From Trueperaceae bacterium (GTDB lineage: Bacteria > Deinococcota > Deinococci > Deinococcales > Trueperaceae), in contig CBDCDZ010000004.1 of the NCBI GenBank assembly GCA_965215565.1, forward strand, positions 3,232,001 to 3,296,000: a DNA stretch of 64,000 nt, in the 5' to 3' direction. Within the stretch, counting starts at the first letter, position 1; the number at the start of each line of letters is the position of its first letter. The notes beneath the pieces are model-generated. The model was not told the origin of the DNA and made no database searches. It worked only from the letters and a program-made list of their open reading frames with translations. Below are positions 49,458-59,118 of the stretch, piece by piece. The translations under genes were made by a program, and so were the position numbers.

Positions 49458-50609
49458 TCAGAACTCCGCCTCCATGAGCGCCTCGAAACGCTCGCGCGTG
49501 GCGGCGGCTTTCGCGCTCTGACCGCGCAGCTCCCAGATGTTGGCGAGCCCTTCCCAGGCGCTCTCGCTATAGGGATCGTGCTCGGTCATGGCGCTATAGA
49601 AGCGGGTGGCGTTGTCGTAGTCCTCACTCGTCTCCGCTAGCTCAGCCGCCGTCAAGAGGTTGGTGAGGTGGTCAGCGTGCAGCTCCGCGCGCGCCACCTC
49701 CGCCCACTCCGAGTCGACGCCCGTCAAGAAGTTGCCCCGGTAAAGCTCCACGAGCTGCGCGTAGTCCTCTAAACCGCCGCTCGGCTCCTCTAAACGCACT
49801 GCGCGGCTCTTTGCGCGGTAGCGCTCAGCGTCGTAGCTCATCTCCAAGTTGCGCTGCAGGTAGTAGCGGCGGTTCGCCGACTCGACGATCTCGCCGCCCA
49901 TCACCTTGCGCAGGCGGTACAAGGTGGTGTGAAACGAGCTGCTCGCTTTAGACTCGGTTTTGCCGGGCCAGAGGGCCTCCGCCACCTCAAAGGTGCTGAC
50001 GCCGTCGGGGTGCTCCAAGAGGTAGAAAAATAGCTCCAAGGCCTTGAGCGAATCCCAGTCGAGCCGCTCGCCGCCCTTCTCAACTAAAGGTGCGCCCAGC
50101 GCGGACGCCCTGACGACGCCTTCGACGGGCTTGCGAATCTCCGCGAAGCGCTCGATGCGCGTCTCGACGGCGTGGATGACCTCGGAGCGCTCGAAGGGCT
50201 TGGTGAGGTAGTCATCCGCGCCCAGCGACATGCCGTGCCGCACGTACTCGCGCTCGCCCATCGCCGTCAAAAAGATGAAGGGGACGCCGCGTAACTCGGC
50301 GACGTCTCTCGCCTTGGCGCAGAACTCGAAGCCGTCCATGACAGGCATCGTCACGTCCGAGATGATTACGTCGGGGCGCAAGCCGCCTCTAAGTTCCTCT
50401 AGAGCGTCTTTCGCTCGGTCAAAGGTAATGACGGCGAAGCCCGCCGAGACGAGGCTGACCTCGATGAGCTTGCGGATGGCGTTGTCGTCGTCGACGGTCA
50501 GCACGAGCCGGTTGGTGTTCGACTTCTTGACGGGTTGGCTGACTAAATTGATCCTAGTTTTAGCTTCGCTTTTCTCTACACTTTTCGTTATAGTCTTTGC
50601 AGTTGCCAC
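49458..50609 (-). CDS. Response regulator: receiver + winged helix + BTAD/TPR-like domain
   Basis: VDDD, SDVTMPVMDG, FLTA, KPF; KALELFFYL, FHTTLYRLRK, LYRGNFL, DPYSE. Confidence 0.85.
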   Translation of the reverse strand: MATAKTITKSVEKSEAKTRINLVSQPVKKSNTNRLVLTVDDDNAIRKLIEVSLVSAGFAVITFDRAKDALEELRGGLRPDVIISDVTMPVMDGFEFCAKARDVAELRGVPFIFLTAMGEREYVRHGMSLGADDYLTKPFERSEVIHAVETRIERFAEIRKPVEGVVRASALGAPLVEKGGERLDWDSLKALELFFYLLEHPDGVSTFEVAEALWPGKTESKASSSFHTTLYRLRKVMGGEIVESANRRYYLQRNLEMSYDAERYRAKSRAVRLEEPSGGLEDYAQLVELYRGNFLTGVDSEWAEVARAELHADHLTNLLTAAELAETSEDYDNATRFYSAMTEHDPYSESAWEGLANIWELRGQSAKAAATRERFEALMEAEF

Positions 50610-50611
50610 GC

Positions 50612-50803
50612 CTAATCCGCCCAGCTTTCGGTCTGCTGGTAATAGACGAGCGCGCTGTATTCTACGCTCTGCCCCGCGACGGCGCTCGAGAACTTGATGT
50701 CGACGATGATGTCGTCCGTTCCCAAAGAGGTCGTGAAGCGCTCCAGCCGCTCTTCAAAGGTATCGGCGCTGCTCGAGGTGATCAGTTTGAATTTAGGTTC
50801 CAT
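50612..50803 (-). CDS. Small hypothetical protein (Cse60/DUF2758-like fold possible)
   Basis: RBS AGGAG; IVDIKFS...YSALVYY. Confidence 0.6.
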   Translation of the reverse strand: MEPKFKLITSSSADTFEERLERFTTSLGTDDIIVDIKFSSAVAGQSVEYSALVYYQQTESWAD

Positions 50804-50914
50804 CGTTCTCCTCCGCACCCTTAGTCTGTCCGAACGTCTCCCGAACGCTTTGCGGTTTAGCCTCTACCCAAGTGATTTGCAGGAACGAACCGTATGGTTC
50901 GTGGTTCTTGACCG

Positions 50915-51721
50915 CTATACGCTGTCCTTCGGACAGGAGGTACTTAACACCCCATCTTTCAACGCTTCAGGGTCATCCGCCATGAGACCGTTCACACCCA
51001 GACGTGTAAGCTCTTTCACACGCCGCGCTTCGTTGACCGTCCAGGCGTTGACGCTCAGCTTGCGCCGCGCCGCCCAGCGCAGCAGCGTCTCGTTAACTTG
51101 GCTGTGGTGCGCGTGGAGCGCGTCCACGTGGAGCCACCTGGCGAGGTGCCCGCTGCGGAGCCAGAAGGGTAAGTCGGGCGCGTAGAGGAGCGCCGTGCGG
51201 AGTTCCGGTGCGAGGAGGCGCACGCGGACGAGCGAAATGGGGTTAAAGCTCGAGACCAGCACCCGCCCCGCCAAGCCAGAGTTGCGTACGGCGCGCACAA
51301 CCTCGCGCTCTAACCCGTCCGAGCGCGTGCGCTGAGACTTGATCTCCAAGTTGAGCAGTTTGCCTGGATACCGACTCGCTAGCGTGAAGAGGTCATCCAG
51401 CGCAGGAATATTTTTATCGAACGCCTGCAATTCGCGCACTGTGAGCGAATGCGTCAGGCGTCCGTCCGGGAGGGTGAAGTCGTGGTAGATGAACAGCCTA
51501 CCGTCGCGGCTCCTCTGCACGTCGAATTCGACGCCGCTCAGCCCCGCCTCAAACGCAGCACTAAACGCCTCGAGGCTGTTCTCGGGCAAGCGCCCGCGCA
51601 GCCCGCGATGTCCGATGAGGAGGGGCGGCGCGGTGTTCACGTCAGGAAGAGGTCGGGGGAACCAGAGCAGCGCCCAGAGCGCGAGAAGGGCTATCAGACT
51701 CAGTATCCAGAGAAAAACCAC
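50915..51721 (-). CDS. Glycerophosphodiester phosphodiesterase
   Basis: IGHRG, PENSL, EFDV, NLEIK, SSFN, AWTVN. Confidence 0.9.
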   Translation of the reverse strand: MVFLWILSLIALLALWALLWFPRPLPDVNTAPPLLIGHRGLRGRLPENSLEAFSAAFEAGLSGVEFDVQRSRDGRLFIYHDFTLPDGRLTHSLTVRELQAFDKNIPALDDLFTLASRYPGKLLNLEIKSQRTRSDGLEREVVRAVRNSGLAGRVLVSSFNPISLVRVRLLAPELRTALLYAPDLPFWLRSGHLARWLHVDALHAHHSQVNETLLRWAARRKLSVNAWTVNEARRVKELTRLGVNGLMADDPEALKDGVLSTSCPKDSV

Positions 51722-51787
51722 GATGACGCAGTATACTCACCCTTGTGAACCGGACTCTCAACCTCTTGCGCAGTTTTGAATGTGACG

Positions 51788-52228
51788 ATGCCTGAGCGAC
51801 CCCTCGCCACCGTCGGCGCGCTCGTCGTCGGTCCTTCAGCGCGCGTGCTCATCATCCAAACGCACAAGTGGCGCGGCAAGTGGGGCGTGCCCGGTGGCAA
51901 GATCGAGTACGGGGAGAGGGTGAGTGGTGCCCTAAAACGCGAATTTTTGGAGGAGACAGGGCTTACGCTTACCGACATCTACTGGGGACCCGTGCAAGAA
52001 GCCGTCGAAAGCCCGGAGTTTCATAGGAGCGCTCACTTCATCTTGCTCAACTTCGTCGCGCGTACAGAGAGCGAAGAGGTCACGCTGAATGAGGAGGCGC
52101 AGGCGTACACGTGGGTCTCGCCCGAAAAGGCGCTGCGCTATGACCTCAACGCGCCGACGCGCCAACTCGTCACGTTTTATCTGGAACACCAGCCGCTCGA
52201 GAAGCGCTTGACGTGCCTGCCGCACTAG
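51788..52228 (+). CDS. NUDIX hydrolase
   Basis: GGKIEYGE....ALKREFLEETGL Nudix box. Confidence 0.9.
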   Translation: MPERPLATVGALVVGPSARVLIIQTHKWRGKWGVPGGKIEYGERVSGALKREFLEETGLTLTDIYWGPVQEAVESPEFHRSAHFILLNFVARTESEEVTLNEEAQAYTWVSPEKALRYDLNAPTRQLVTFYLEHQPLEKRLTCLPH

Positions 52229-52917
52229 TCACCGGCTCCGCCAAAGGCATTGGCAAGGCGTTGGCGCTGATGCTGGCGGATGAGGGTTACGACGTCGCGG
52301 TGCACTACCGGACGAGCCAGCGTGAGGCTGAGGAGGTCGCGCAAGAGGTCGAGGCAAAAGGTGTGGGCGCGGTCCTCTTGCAAGCAGATGTGACCGACGC
52401 CCAGCAAGCGGCGGGTCTGGTCAATGAGGCGCACGCGCAACTCGGGCGACTGGACGTGCTCATCAACAACGTCGGTGACTACTTCTTTACACCGCTAGGC
52501 AAATTGGAAATAGCCGACTGGCACGCCATGTTCGACTCGAACTTGCACAGCACCTTCTACACGTGCCGCGCCGCCCTTCCGCTCATGCGAGAAAGAGGTG
52601 GGCGCATCATCAATATAGGTTACGCAGGCGCAGAACTCGTGGAGGCGAGACCGAGCATCGCGGCGTACAGCATCGCGAAAACGGGCGTGATTCTCCTCAG
52701 CAAAGCGCTCGCCAAGGTGGAGGCGAAACATGGGGTTACGGTGAATGTCATCTCGCCAGGTATCGTAGAAAACAGCGTATCTATACCTAAGAATCTGCCG
52801 ATGGGACGCGCGGGCACATTCAGTGAACTCACTCACGCGGCGAGGTACCTCATCTCACCCGAGGCGCGCTACGTGACGGGAGTGACGCTCGAGGTGGCGG
52901 GCGGTTGGAATGTTTAA
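52213..52917 (+). CDS. SDR family oxidoreductase (pteridine reductase-like)
   Basis: TGSAKGIG, VHYRTS, NNVG, YSIAK, VAGG. Confidence 0.85.
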   Translation: MPAALVTGSAKGIGKALALMLADEGYDVAVHYRTSQREAEEVAQEVEAKGVGAVLLQADVTDAQQAAGLVNEAHAQLGRLDVLINNVGDYFFTPLGKLEIADWHAMFDSNLHSTFYTCRAALPLMRERGGRIINIGYAGAELVEARPSIAAYSIAKTGVILLSKALAKVEAKHGVTVNVISPGIVENSVSIPKNLPMGRAGTFSELTHAARYLISPEARYVTGVTLEVAGGWNV

Positions 52918-52924
52918 TATTTAA

Positions 52925-52998
52925 TAGCGATGGAGAGACTTGAACTCTCGACCTCACGATTATGAGTCGTGCGCTCTAACCAGCTGAGCTACATCGCC
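52925..52998 (-). tRNA. tRNA-Met (CAT), probably elongator; CCA not encoded
   Basis: GGCGATGTAGCTCAGCTGGTTAGAGCGCACGACTCATAATCGTGAGGTCGAGAGTTCAAGTCTCTCCATCGCTA. Confidence 0.93.
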
Positions 52999-53079
52999 GT
53001 GCTTTGGTGCCGTACACCACGCGCTTCTCTTACTCTGTGTAGCCCCTTGTCCTCACGACTAGCGGGCTCACGGTTGTCG

Positions 53080-53109
53080 AGTATAGCCTATAGCGTTAGT
53101 AGTAGACAA
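53080..53109 (-). promoter_or_regulatory. Sigma70-type promoter for tRNA-Met
   Basis: TTGTCT-N18-TATACT. Confidence 0.6.
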
Positions 53110-53524
53110 GTAGTTCTGCACCACCAAACTGGTTAGCAAGTTGGGTGCTTTGATTATTTTTTGGCTTTCTACCGGTCCGCTCGAGCATCACCGCGCCCCG
53201 AAAAGAGAGCCCGCTAGGTGAAGCGGACTCTTATCTTTCTCCACATGGCGCTGCCAACCCCGGTGAATAGGCCCATTGTAATGCAGCGTCCTCGCCTCAA
53301 CTAGACCCGTTTGTACCTCTTTGGGTAGTGTTTGAGTACATACTTTTCTTAGAATAGCAGTTCCACGCTTCGCTGCACCAACTGCCCTGCGTTTATTTCA
53401 AGGCTTGCGCGTCACTTCGCTCCCACTGGCGACTTCGTGAACGCATCCGACAAGCACGTTTCATTGCTACAGCAATGAAACGTGGAAACGCTAGAACCTA
53501 GAACAATGAAAATTTTGGGGCAAT

Positions 53525-53586
53525 AAAAAAGCTCGGGGACCTCCACCGGGGGGGCAGCGGGTGTGGAGGTTCTACCCTGAGCTGTA
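53525..53586 (-). ncRNA. Candidate ~60-nt hairpin small RNA, or terminator of the helicase gene
   Basis: Long stem GCTCAGGG..ACCTCCAC / GTGGAGGTCCCCGAGC with C-rich loop and T6; TAGTAT -10 just upstream. Confidence 0.35.
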
Positions 53587-53656
53587 GAAAGTATACTACT
53601 TGGTAATGCGGAGCGCAAGTCTAGTGGGCAACACAAAGGAGAGGTGGTTTGAGCGC

Positions 53657-56083
53657 TCACGCCAACTTGCTCTGGGGTACGGGTCTGAACCGACAAGCGA
53701 GCAGTCCGCCAGCCGACGCCGCGCCCTCGTCCTGCGGCTCCGAAGAGGTCAGAATGAGGTAGTCTCGAGCCCTCGTCAACGCGACGTAGAGGAGGCGCTT
53801 CTCTTCCGCCAACTCTCGTTTGTGCTTAGCGCCCTGTAACGCCTCGTAAACCACAGGATTGCGCTTGCTAGGGGTTTTTTTATCCAGCTTTAAGCCTAGA
53901 CCCACGTCCCCGAAGAGCAGCGGGTCTGTACGTTTGCGAGAGGGGTTGCTCAGGTCGGCGACGATGACGACGGGCCACTCCAGACCTTTCGCCTTGTGGA
54001 TGTTCAGAAGCGTCACCGCGTCCGCTGCTGCTAAGGGCGCCCTCGCCAGGCTCACCTCGCGCTCGAGCAATTTCAACTCGCGCCAGACGCTAAAGGCGCT
54101 GTGCGTGTCCGCCTCGGAGCGCCTGACGAGGGCGACGAACGCGGCGTAGTCGGCGAGCCGCCTGTCGCCCCCCGCGAGGTTGGCGATGACCGCGCGGTAG
54201 CCCGTGCGCTTCTCAGCGAGGTCGAAAAGTTCGGTAGGAAGGCGCTTGCGCCGCTCGGTCAGCTCGAGGAGGATGGCTTTGGCATCTTCCAGGCAGGGCA
54301 ATTCGCTCGCCTGGACCAGCGCCCACCAGCTTTGCGCGTCGGCCCTGTCTGCGGCTATCGTCTGCAAATCTCTGTCGCTGAGGGCGAAAAAGGGGCTTCT
54401 CAGCAGGGTGAGCAGGGCGAGGTCGTCGTTGGGATCAGCTAGAAAGCGTAAAAGCGCCACGCCGTCTTGCGCCTCTCGCGTCGCCAGCAGGTCGTCGGTA
54501 CCGCCTTGCAAGAAGGGAACACCTGCTTCGGCGAGCGCCTCGGCGTACACGCCGAGGGGCGCTTTATGTCTGGCGAGCACAGCGATGTCTTTAGGCTCTA
54601 CGGGGCGTTCGGACTCACCGTCGTGGACCAGTACCTTCTTGTCCAGCAGCGCCCGCACGCGCAGGGCGATGAGCCGCGCCTCCTGCTCCAGGCGCTCGGA
54701 ACGCAACCGGGACGGCTCCTCTAAGGTGTACACCTCGAGATAGGGGCCGCAACCGGGCGCGCACTGCCTGGAGGCGCTGAGCGGTTCGTGGAGAGTGCCT
54801 AAGAACATGGTCAGGTCATTGAGCGGGGTGAGCAGGGCGTCGTGAGTTCTAAACGAGGTGTCTAGCGCGACTACGTCACCGCCGTTCTCCTGAATATGCT
54901 CACGGAAGCGGAAAAAAACCTCGACGTCCGCCCGGCGGAAGCCGTAGATGCTCTGTTTGGGGTCGCCGACGACGGTGAGGAGGCTGTTTTCAGCTAAGAG
55001 GTCAAGAAAGCGCTCCTGCACCGGGTTGGTGTCTTGCAACTCGTCAATGAGAAACGCCTTCCAGCGGGCCCGGTAGTGCGCTCTAACGTGCGCGTGCCCT
55101 AAGGCGTTAAGGGCGTGAACCTCGAGGTTCGCGAAGTCCACACAGCGCACCTCTTTGCGCCGTTCACTCATGAACTGCTTGACGTGTTCAAAGGCGGTTC
55201 GGAGCGCCGGTAAGCGTGAGGCGAGTTGAGTGTCAGCGTCGCTCAAGTCTAGCGTGAGCTGCTTGTGGTTTCGCTTGACGCCCTCTCTGAGCGCTGAAAT
55301 CGCGACGCCTGCCCCCGTAAAGGCGTCCTCGCCCCACTTCTTGCGGCTGCCGCCTCGCAAGTTGATCGTTAGCGCCTCTTCGTACGCGCTTTGACACGCC
55401 TCTGAACCGCCCGACTCGATGGTCTCCAAGCACTTCAGCGCGAGCCTTCTGGCGTCTTCGCGGGCGTCGCCCTCGGGTCCTGGTATGCAGAGTGTAGCCT
55501 TGTGGGGCGCTAAAGCGGCGAGGAGGTCGTGGTGGGCGCTCCCACGAGTTGCCTCGGCAAGCGTGGCCCAATCCTCTTGTCCCTTGCTCAGCGCAAGGTC
55601 CGCCGTGAGCGGGTCGAAGAGCAGTTCTTCTACGAACGCTCTAAGCTCGGTATAGGGAATTTGCTCGAAGCACCAGGGCGGCACGCTCGCCATCGCTTCG
55701 CCAAATACCCCTAGCCGGAAGAGCTTCTCCTCGTTCTCGTCCATGACCCTGAAGTCGGCGGGAAGACCCCCTTCCAAAGGAAAATCGCGGCAGACGCGCG
55801 CAGCTAAAGCGTCAATCGTGCTGATCTGAGCCGCCTCGAGTTCGGCGAGGTGCTCCGGGCTGACGTGCCCTTGACTGCTCAGGCGCGTGCGGATGCGGCT
55901 TCTAAGCTCCGCCGCCGCCTTGCGCGTAAAGGTCGTGGCGACGACTTCTAAGGGCGACAGACCGCGTCCTACCAAGAAGAGGTAGCGCTCGGTCAGTAGA
56001 AAGGTCTTGCCGCTCCCCGCCCCGGCAGTGACGGCGACGCTGCCTTCGGCGTGGGCAGCCCGCCGCTGTTCAGGGGTCAGCAC
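53657..56083 (-). CDS. AddA-like UvrD/SF1A helicase lacking a C-terminal nuclease domain
   Basis: AGAGSGKT, TFTRKAA, DELQDT, VGDPKQSIYGFR, IHKAKGLE, LLYVALTRA; ends about 35 aa after motif VI. Confidence 0.85.
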   Translation of the reverse strand: MLTPEQRRAAHAEGSVAVTAGAGSGKTFLLTERYLFLVGRGLSPLEVVATTFTRKAAAELRSRIRTRLSSQGHVSPEHLAELEAAQISTIDALAARVCRDFPLEGGLPADFRVMDENEEKLFRLGVFGEAMASVPPWCFEQIPYTELRAFVEELLFDPLTADLALSKGQEDWATLAEATRGSAHHDLLAALAPHKATLCIPGPEGDAREDARRLALKCLETIESGGSEACQSAYEEALTINLRGGSRKKWGEDAFTGAGVAISALREGVKRNHKQLTLDLSDADTQLASRLPALRTAFEHVKQFMSERRKEVRCVDFANLEVHALNALGHAHVRAHYRARWKAFLIDELQDTNPVQERFLDLLAENSLLTVVGDPKQSIYGFRRADVEVFFRFREHIQENGGDVVALDTSFRTHDALLTPLNDLTMFLGTLHEPLSASRQCAPGCGPYLEVYTLEEPSRLRSERLEQEARLIALRVRALLDKKVLVHDGESERPVEPKDIAVLARHKAPLGVYAEALAEAGVPFLQGGTDDLLATREAQDGVALLRFLADPNDDLALLTLLRSPFFALSDRDLQTIAADRADAQSWWALVQASELPCLEDAKAILLELTERRKRLPTELFDLAEKRTGYRAVIANLAGGDRRLADYAAFVALVRRSEADTHSAFSVWRELKLLEREVSLARAPLAAADAVTLLNIHKAKGLEWPVVIVADLSNPSRKRTDPLLFGDVGLGLKLDKKTPSKRNPVVYEALQGAKHKRELAEEKRLLYVALTRARDYLILTSSEPQDEGAASAGGLLACRFRPVPQSKLA

Positions 56084-58565
56084 GGGGCTCTCTTTCCGGG
56101 TGCGCTCCCTGTATGTATTTACCCTTGAGGCGCGGTCCCTTGCGGCAGAGGAGTGAGAAGTCGCAGTACGCGCAGTTGTCGTCACTCGAGACGGGCGGGA
56201 AGGTGCCCGACGCTAGCGCTTCCTTCGCCGCTGCTAAACGTTCTTCTAGGTCATCGGGGGCGCGGCTCGAGATAACTTCTGCGTGCTTTAAGGAGAAGTA
56301 GCGGGCGCGGACGGGCGCGTCCGGGTAGCGCTCCCTAACGGCAGTTTCGTAGATGCTGAGCTGCACGTCGGGCTTAGAAATATAGCGCGAGGTCTTGTAG
56401 TCGGTGATCTCATATCCATCCGGGGTGCGGTCCAGCCGGTCGAGGCGTCCTCTGACCTTGAAGCCCTGCCAGGTTGACACGAAGTGCTGTTCGGTCTCGG
56501 TAATAAGGGCGTCCTCGGCGATGAAGCCCGGCGAGGCGATGGCGGAGCGCAACGTCGCGATGAGTTCTAGTCGCTTGCTGGACCAAGCCGCGACGCCAGT
56601 CACGCCCTCCGACGCTTCGGCGTCCGCGAACGCCGCCTCGACGCCCGCCAGCATTGCCTCTCTAAGGTCAGCCGCGCCCTGCGTGCGCTCGGCGAGTCGC
56701 TCGAGCGTTTTGTGATAGAGGTTCCCCGTAAGGAGCGCGTCCTCTTCGAACTCGGCGGGCGGCCCTGCCTCCAGTACATACGCGGCAAACCACTTGAAGG
56801 GGCAGCTCAGCAAATGCGTCAGTTGTGTCGCGCTAAAGACGTGATTGGAGACGTCCACCGCGACGCTGGTCACACCGTCGAACTCATTGAACGTCCCTGC
56901 CGCTTCGCGTGAGCGCTCCACCTTTAATGCCTGCGCGCCCACCCCTCCTTTTGCACCCCCTTCGTCCCGCAAGCTAGCCCGCTGCCGCTCCTGCTCGCTC
57001 ACGAGGTAGACCTCACGGCTCACCTCGGGCGTCAGCCCTAAAACGCGGAAGTAGTGACTGGCTTCGGCAGGTTGCCCGTCCAACTGCTGCGGGTAAGAAA
57101 GCGTTAGGCTCGCCTTAGCGTGCGCCACGAGCGAGTGGAAGCTGAGCTGTTCGCGCCACGCGGCGTAGGGTGCGGTCTCGACGTTTACCCCGGCAGAGCG
57201 CAAGGTTTTACGCTCGAAGAAGTCCAGCGCGGCGTCGTCTCTGAGGGGTGCAGGAAAGGTCCCTTCGGCGAGGCCCAGCACGAACACGTGGGGCAACTCT
57301 GCGCCCAACACCGCCAGCGGCGTATGTACCGAGATGCCCCGCCCCGGTTTGACGGGTACGCTCAGAGAGTGCAGCGTGTCGTCTAATTCTGTAAGGAAGG
57401 CGTCGCGGGACAGCGTGGTTTCGCCGTCCAAGGACTCGAGCGCAGACCTTAGTGTCTTGAGGGCAGCCTGCTCGCGCGGCAGACGCAACTCGAAAGCGTT
57501 CCCGAATTCAGCGAGCACGGCACTGAACGAGGTGCGCGTGGCGAAAGAGGGTAGGGTGGGGAGGTCTATCCCTAACGTGCCCCAATCCGAGAGGCGCTGA
57601 GGATGCGCCCCACGTATCCGCGCCCAGAGCGCCGAGTCGAGCCTGTCGGTCAGCGGGTGCGCTAAGAACCTCGCTGTCGCCTCGTAAGCGTACGCACCCC
57701 TCATCATGGCGATGAACGCTCCCACAAAGCTGCCCACGCGGGTGTTTTTGAGCGGCACGGCGTAGTAAGCGGCGATCTCCAAACCGTATTCACGCGCGAC
57801 CGCGAGAATCAGCGGACCGTAAAGCGCTTCGTCACGCACGACGAGCGCGATGTCGCTTGGGTGCACCCCTTCGTTCAGATGCGCGTTGACCCGCCCCAGC
57901 ACGCCGCGCACCTCGGCTTCTTGGTTGGCGAAGGCGAGAGCGTGAGTAGGAACGCGCGTCGTCCAGGTCTGCGCCGCCGGTTCGCGCACGGTAGACCAAC
58001 CCCGCGCCTCTAAAAAAGCCGCCGCGCCCTCGTTCTCGGTGAAGAGCGCGTCCTCGGCGAAGGGCAGGGCGAGCTGCGAGCCGTCTCCTGCCAGCGCGTC
58101 TAAAAAGGTCAGCTCGCCCAAGCCCAGCCGCGGGTAGCCCGTGAGCGTGACCTGCACCGGCTGAACGGTTCGCGCCGCCTCGAAAAAGACCTGAGAGGCG
58201 TCGATAAGTCCTTTTTCAGCGAGCAGGCGCTTGAACGCTTTCGTCACCTCAGCGAGCTTGACCAGGCGACCGCCGCAGGAGGCGACGACGTCAAGGTCAG
58301 CGTCCAGTCGGAGCAACTCTCGCACCGCCGGGGCGAAGAAGCGGGCGAAGCCGAGCGCGTCGCACTCGCCCAATATCTCTCGCACAGCGCTCATGAGAAG
58401 CTGCCGGGACCGAACTGAAGAGGCAACTTCTGCCGTGACAGCTCCGCGGGCGAGGGACTCGAGCGTCACCCCAGCGACGCTCAGTGAGCTAGCGGCGGAC
58501 CGGTTCGGCGTGATGACTGAGCCGCGAAGGTCCGGCCGTGACCCCAGATAGACAGTGCGGCTCAA
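56070..58565 (-). CDS. AddB-like protein: inactive helicase fold + PD-(D/E)XK nuclease with 4-Cys Fe-S staple
   Basis: EAEVR, DIALVVRD, GLAEGTFP; SATQL...CPF, GRLDRLD, DYKT, QLSIY, CAYCDFSLLC. Confidence 0.85.
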   Translation of the reverse strand: MSRTVYLGSRPDLRGSVITPNRSAASSLSVAGVTLESLARGAVTAEVASSVRSRQLLMSAVREILGECDALGFARFFAPAVRELLRLDADLDVVASCGGRLVKLAEVTKAFKRLLAEKGLIDASQVFFEAARTVQPVQVTLTGYPRLGLGELTFLDALAGDGSQLALPFAEDALFTENEGAAAFLEARGWSTVREPAAQTWTTRVPTHALAFANQEAEVRGVLGRVNAHLNEGVHPSDIALVVRDEALYGPLILAVAREYGLEIAAYYAVPLKNTRVGSFVGAFIAMMRGAYAYEATARFLAHPLTDRLDSALWARIRGAHPQRLSDWGTLGIDLPTLPSFATRTSFSAVLAEFGNAFELRLPREQAALKTLRSALESLDGETTLSRDAFLTELDDTLHSLSVPVKPGRGISVHTPLAVLGAELPHVFVLGLAEGTFPAPLRDDAALDFFERKTLRSAGVNVETAPYAAWREQLSFHSLVAHAKASLTLSYPQQLDGQPAEASHYFRVLGLTPEVSREVYLVSEQERQRASLRDEGGAKGGVGAQALKVERSREAAGTFNEFDGVTSVAVDVSNHVFSATQLTHLLSCPFKWFAAYVLEAGPPAEFEEDALLTGNLYHKTLERLAERTQGAADLREAMLAGVEAAFADAEASEGVTGVAAWSSKRLELIATLRSAIASPGFIAEDALITETEQHFVSTWQGFKVRGRLDRLDRTPDGYEITDYKTSRYISKPDVQLSIYETAVRERYPDAPVRARYFSLKHAEVISSRAPDDLEERLAAAKEALASGTFPPVSSDDNCAYCDFSLLCRKGPRLKGKYIQGAHPEREPRADP

Positions 58566-59118
58566 CGCGACCTCAACGTGTTAAAGTGCGCGTTGCGCGG
58601 ATGAGCGCAGAAGCTACCTGTGGATAAAGACTGCCGAATCAAATTGGCACACACAATCTGTATCTTACCGTCTCACGCGCATCAGTTTAAGTTGCCACTT
58701 CGCTGAAACTCAGGCAGGGTCATCGATCCGTTGTCGATTTGATCAAGAATAGTGCTGATATTCACGAACTGCTCCTTGTGATCACACCCTATCTTTTAGA
58801 GGGTACTGCGCGACGTGCAACGGTTCACTTTGCACTACGGTTCACTTTTTATTGAGCATCGTTCGCTGGCTCTAGCAAAACTTCAAGCGGTATCCAGCAA
58901 CCTGCGCAGAGTTTGACACGTAGACCTTCGCGGCGTTTAGCCTATCCATCGGGCTCGAATTTGTCGTAACCGCCGAGGAGAGCCTGCACGAGCGGCTCTT
59001 CGAGCTATAAGGTCCTCACCCTCACTTGTGAGATACTCTCAAAAGTTGCATGAGTTAGGAAGAGGCGTGAAGACATAGACGCATAGGGAAGACGGCTGCG
59101 AATAGGCCGCCCTAACAG

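Noticed and set aside
56070..56830. 4-Cys PD-(D/E)XK domain as Cas4
   Set aside because: It is the C-terminus of an 831-aa AddB-like protein coupled to a UvrD helicase
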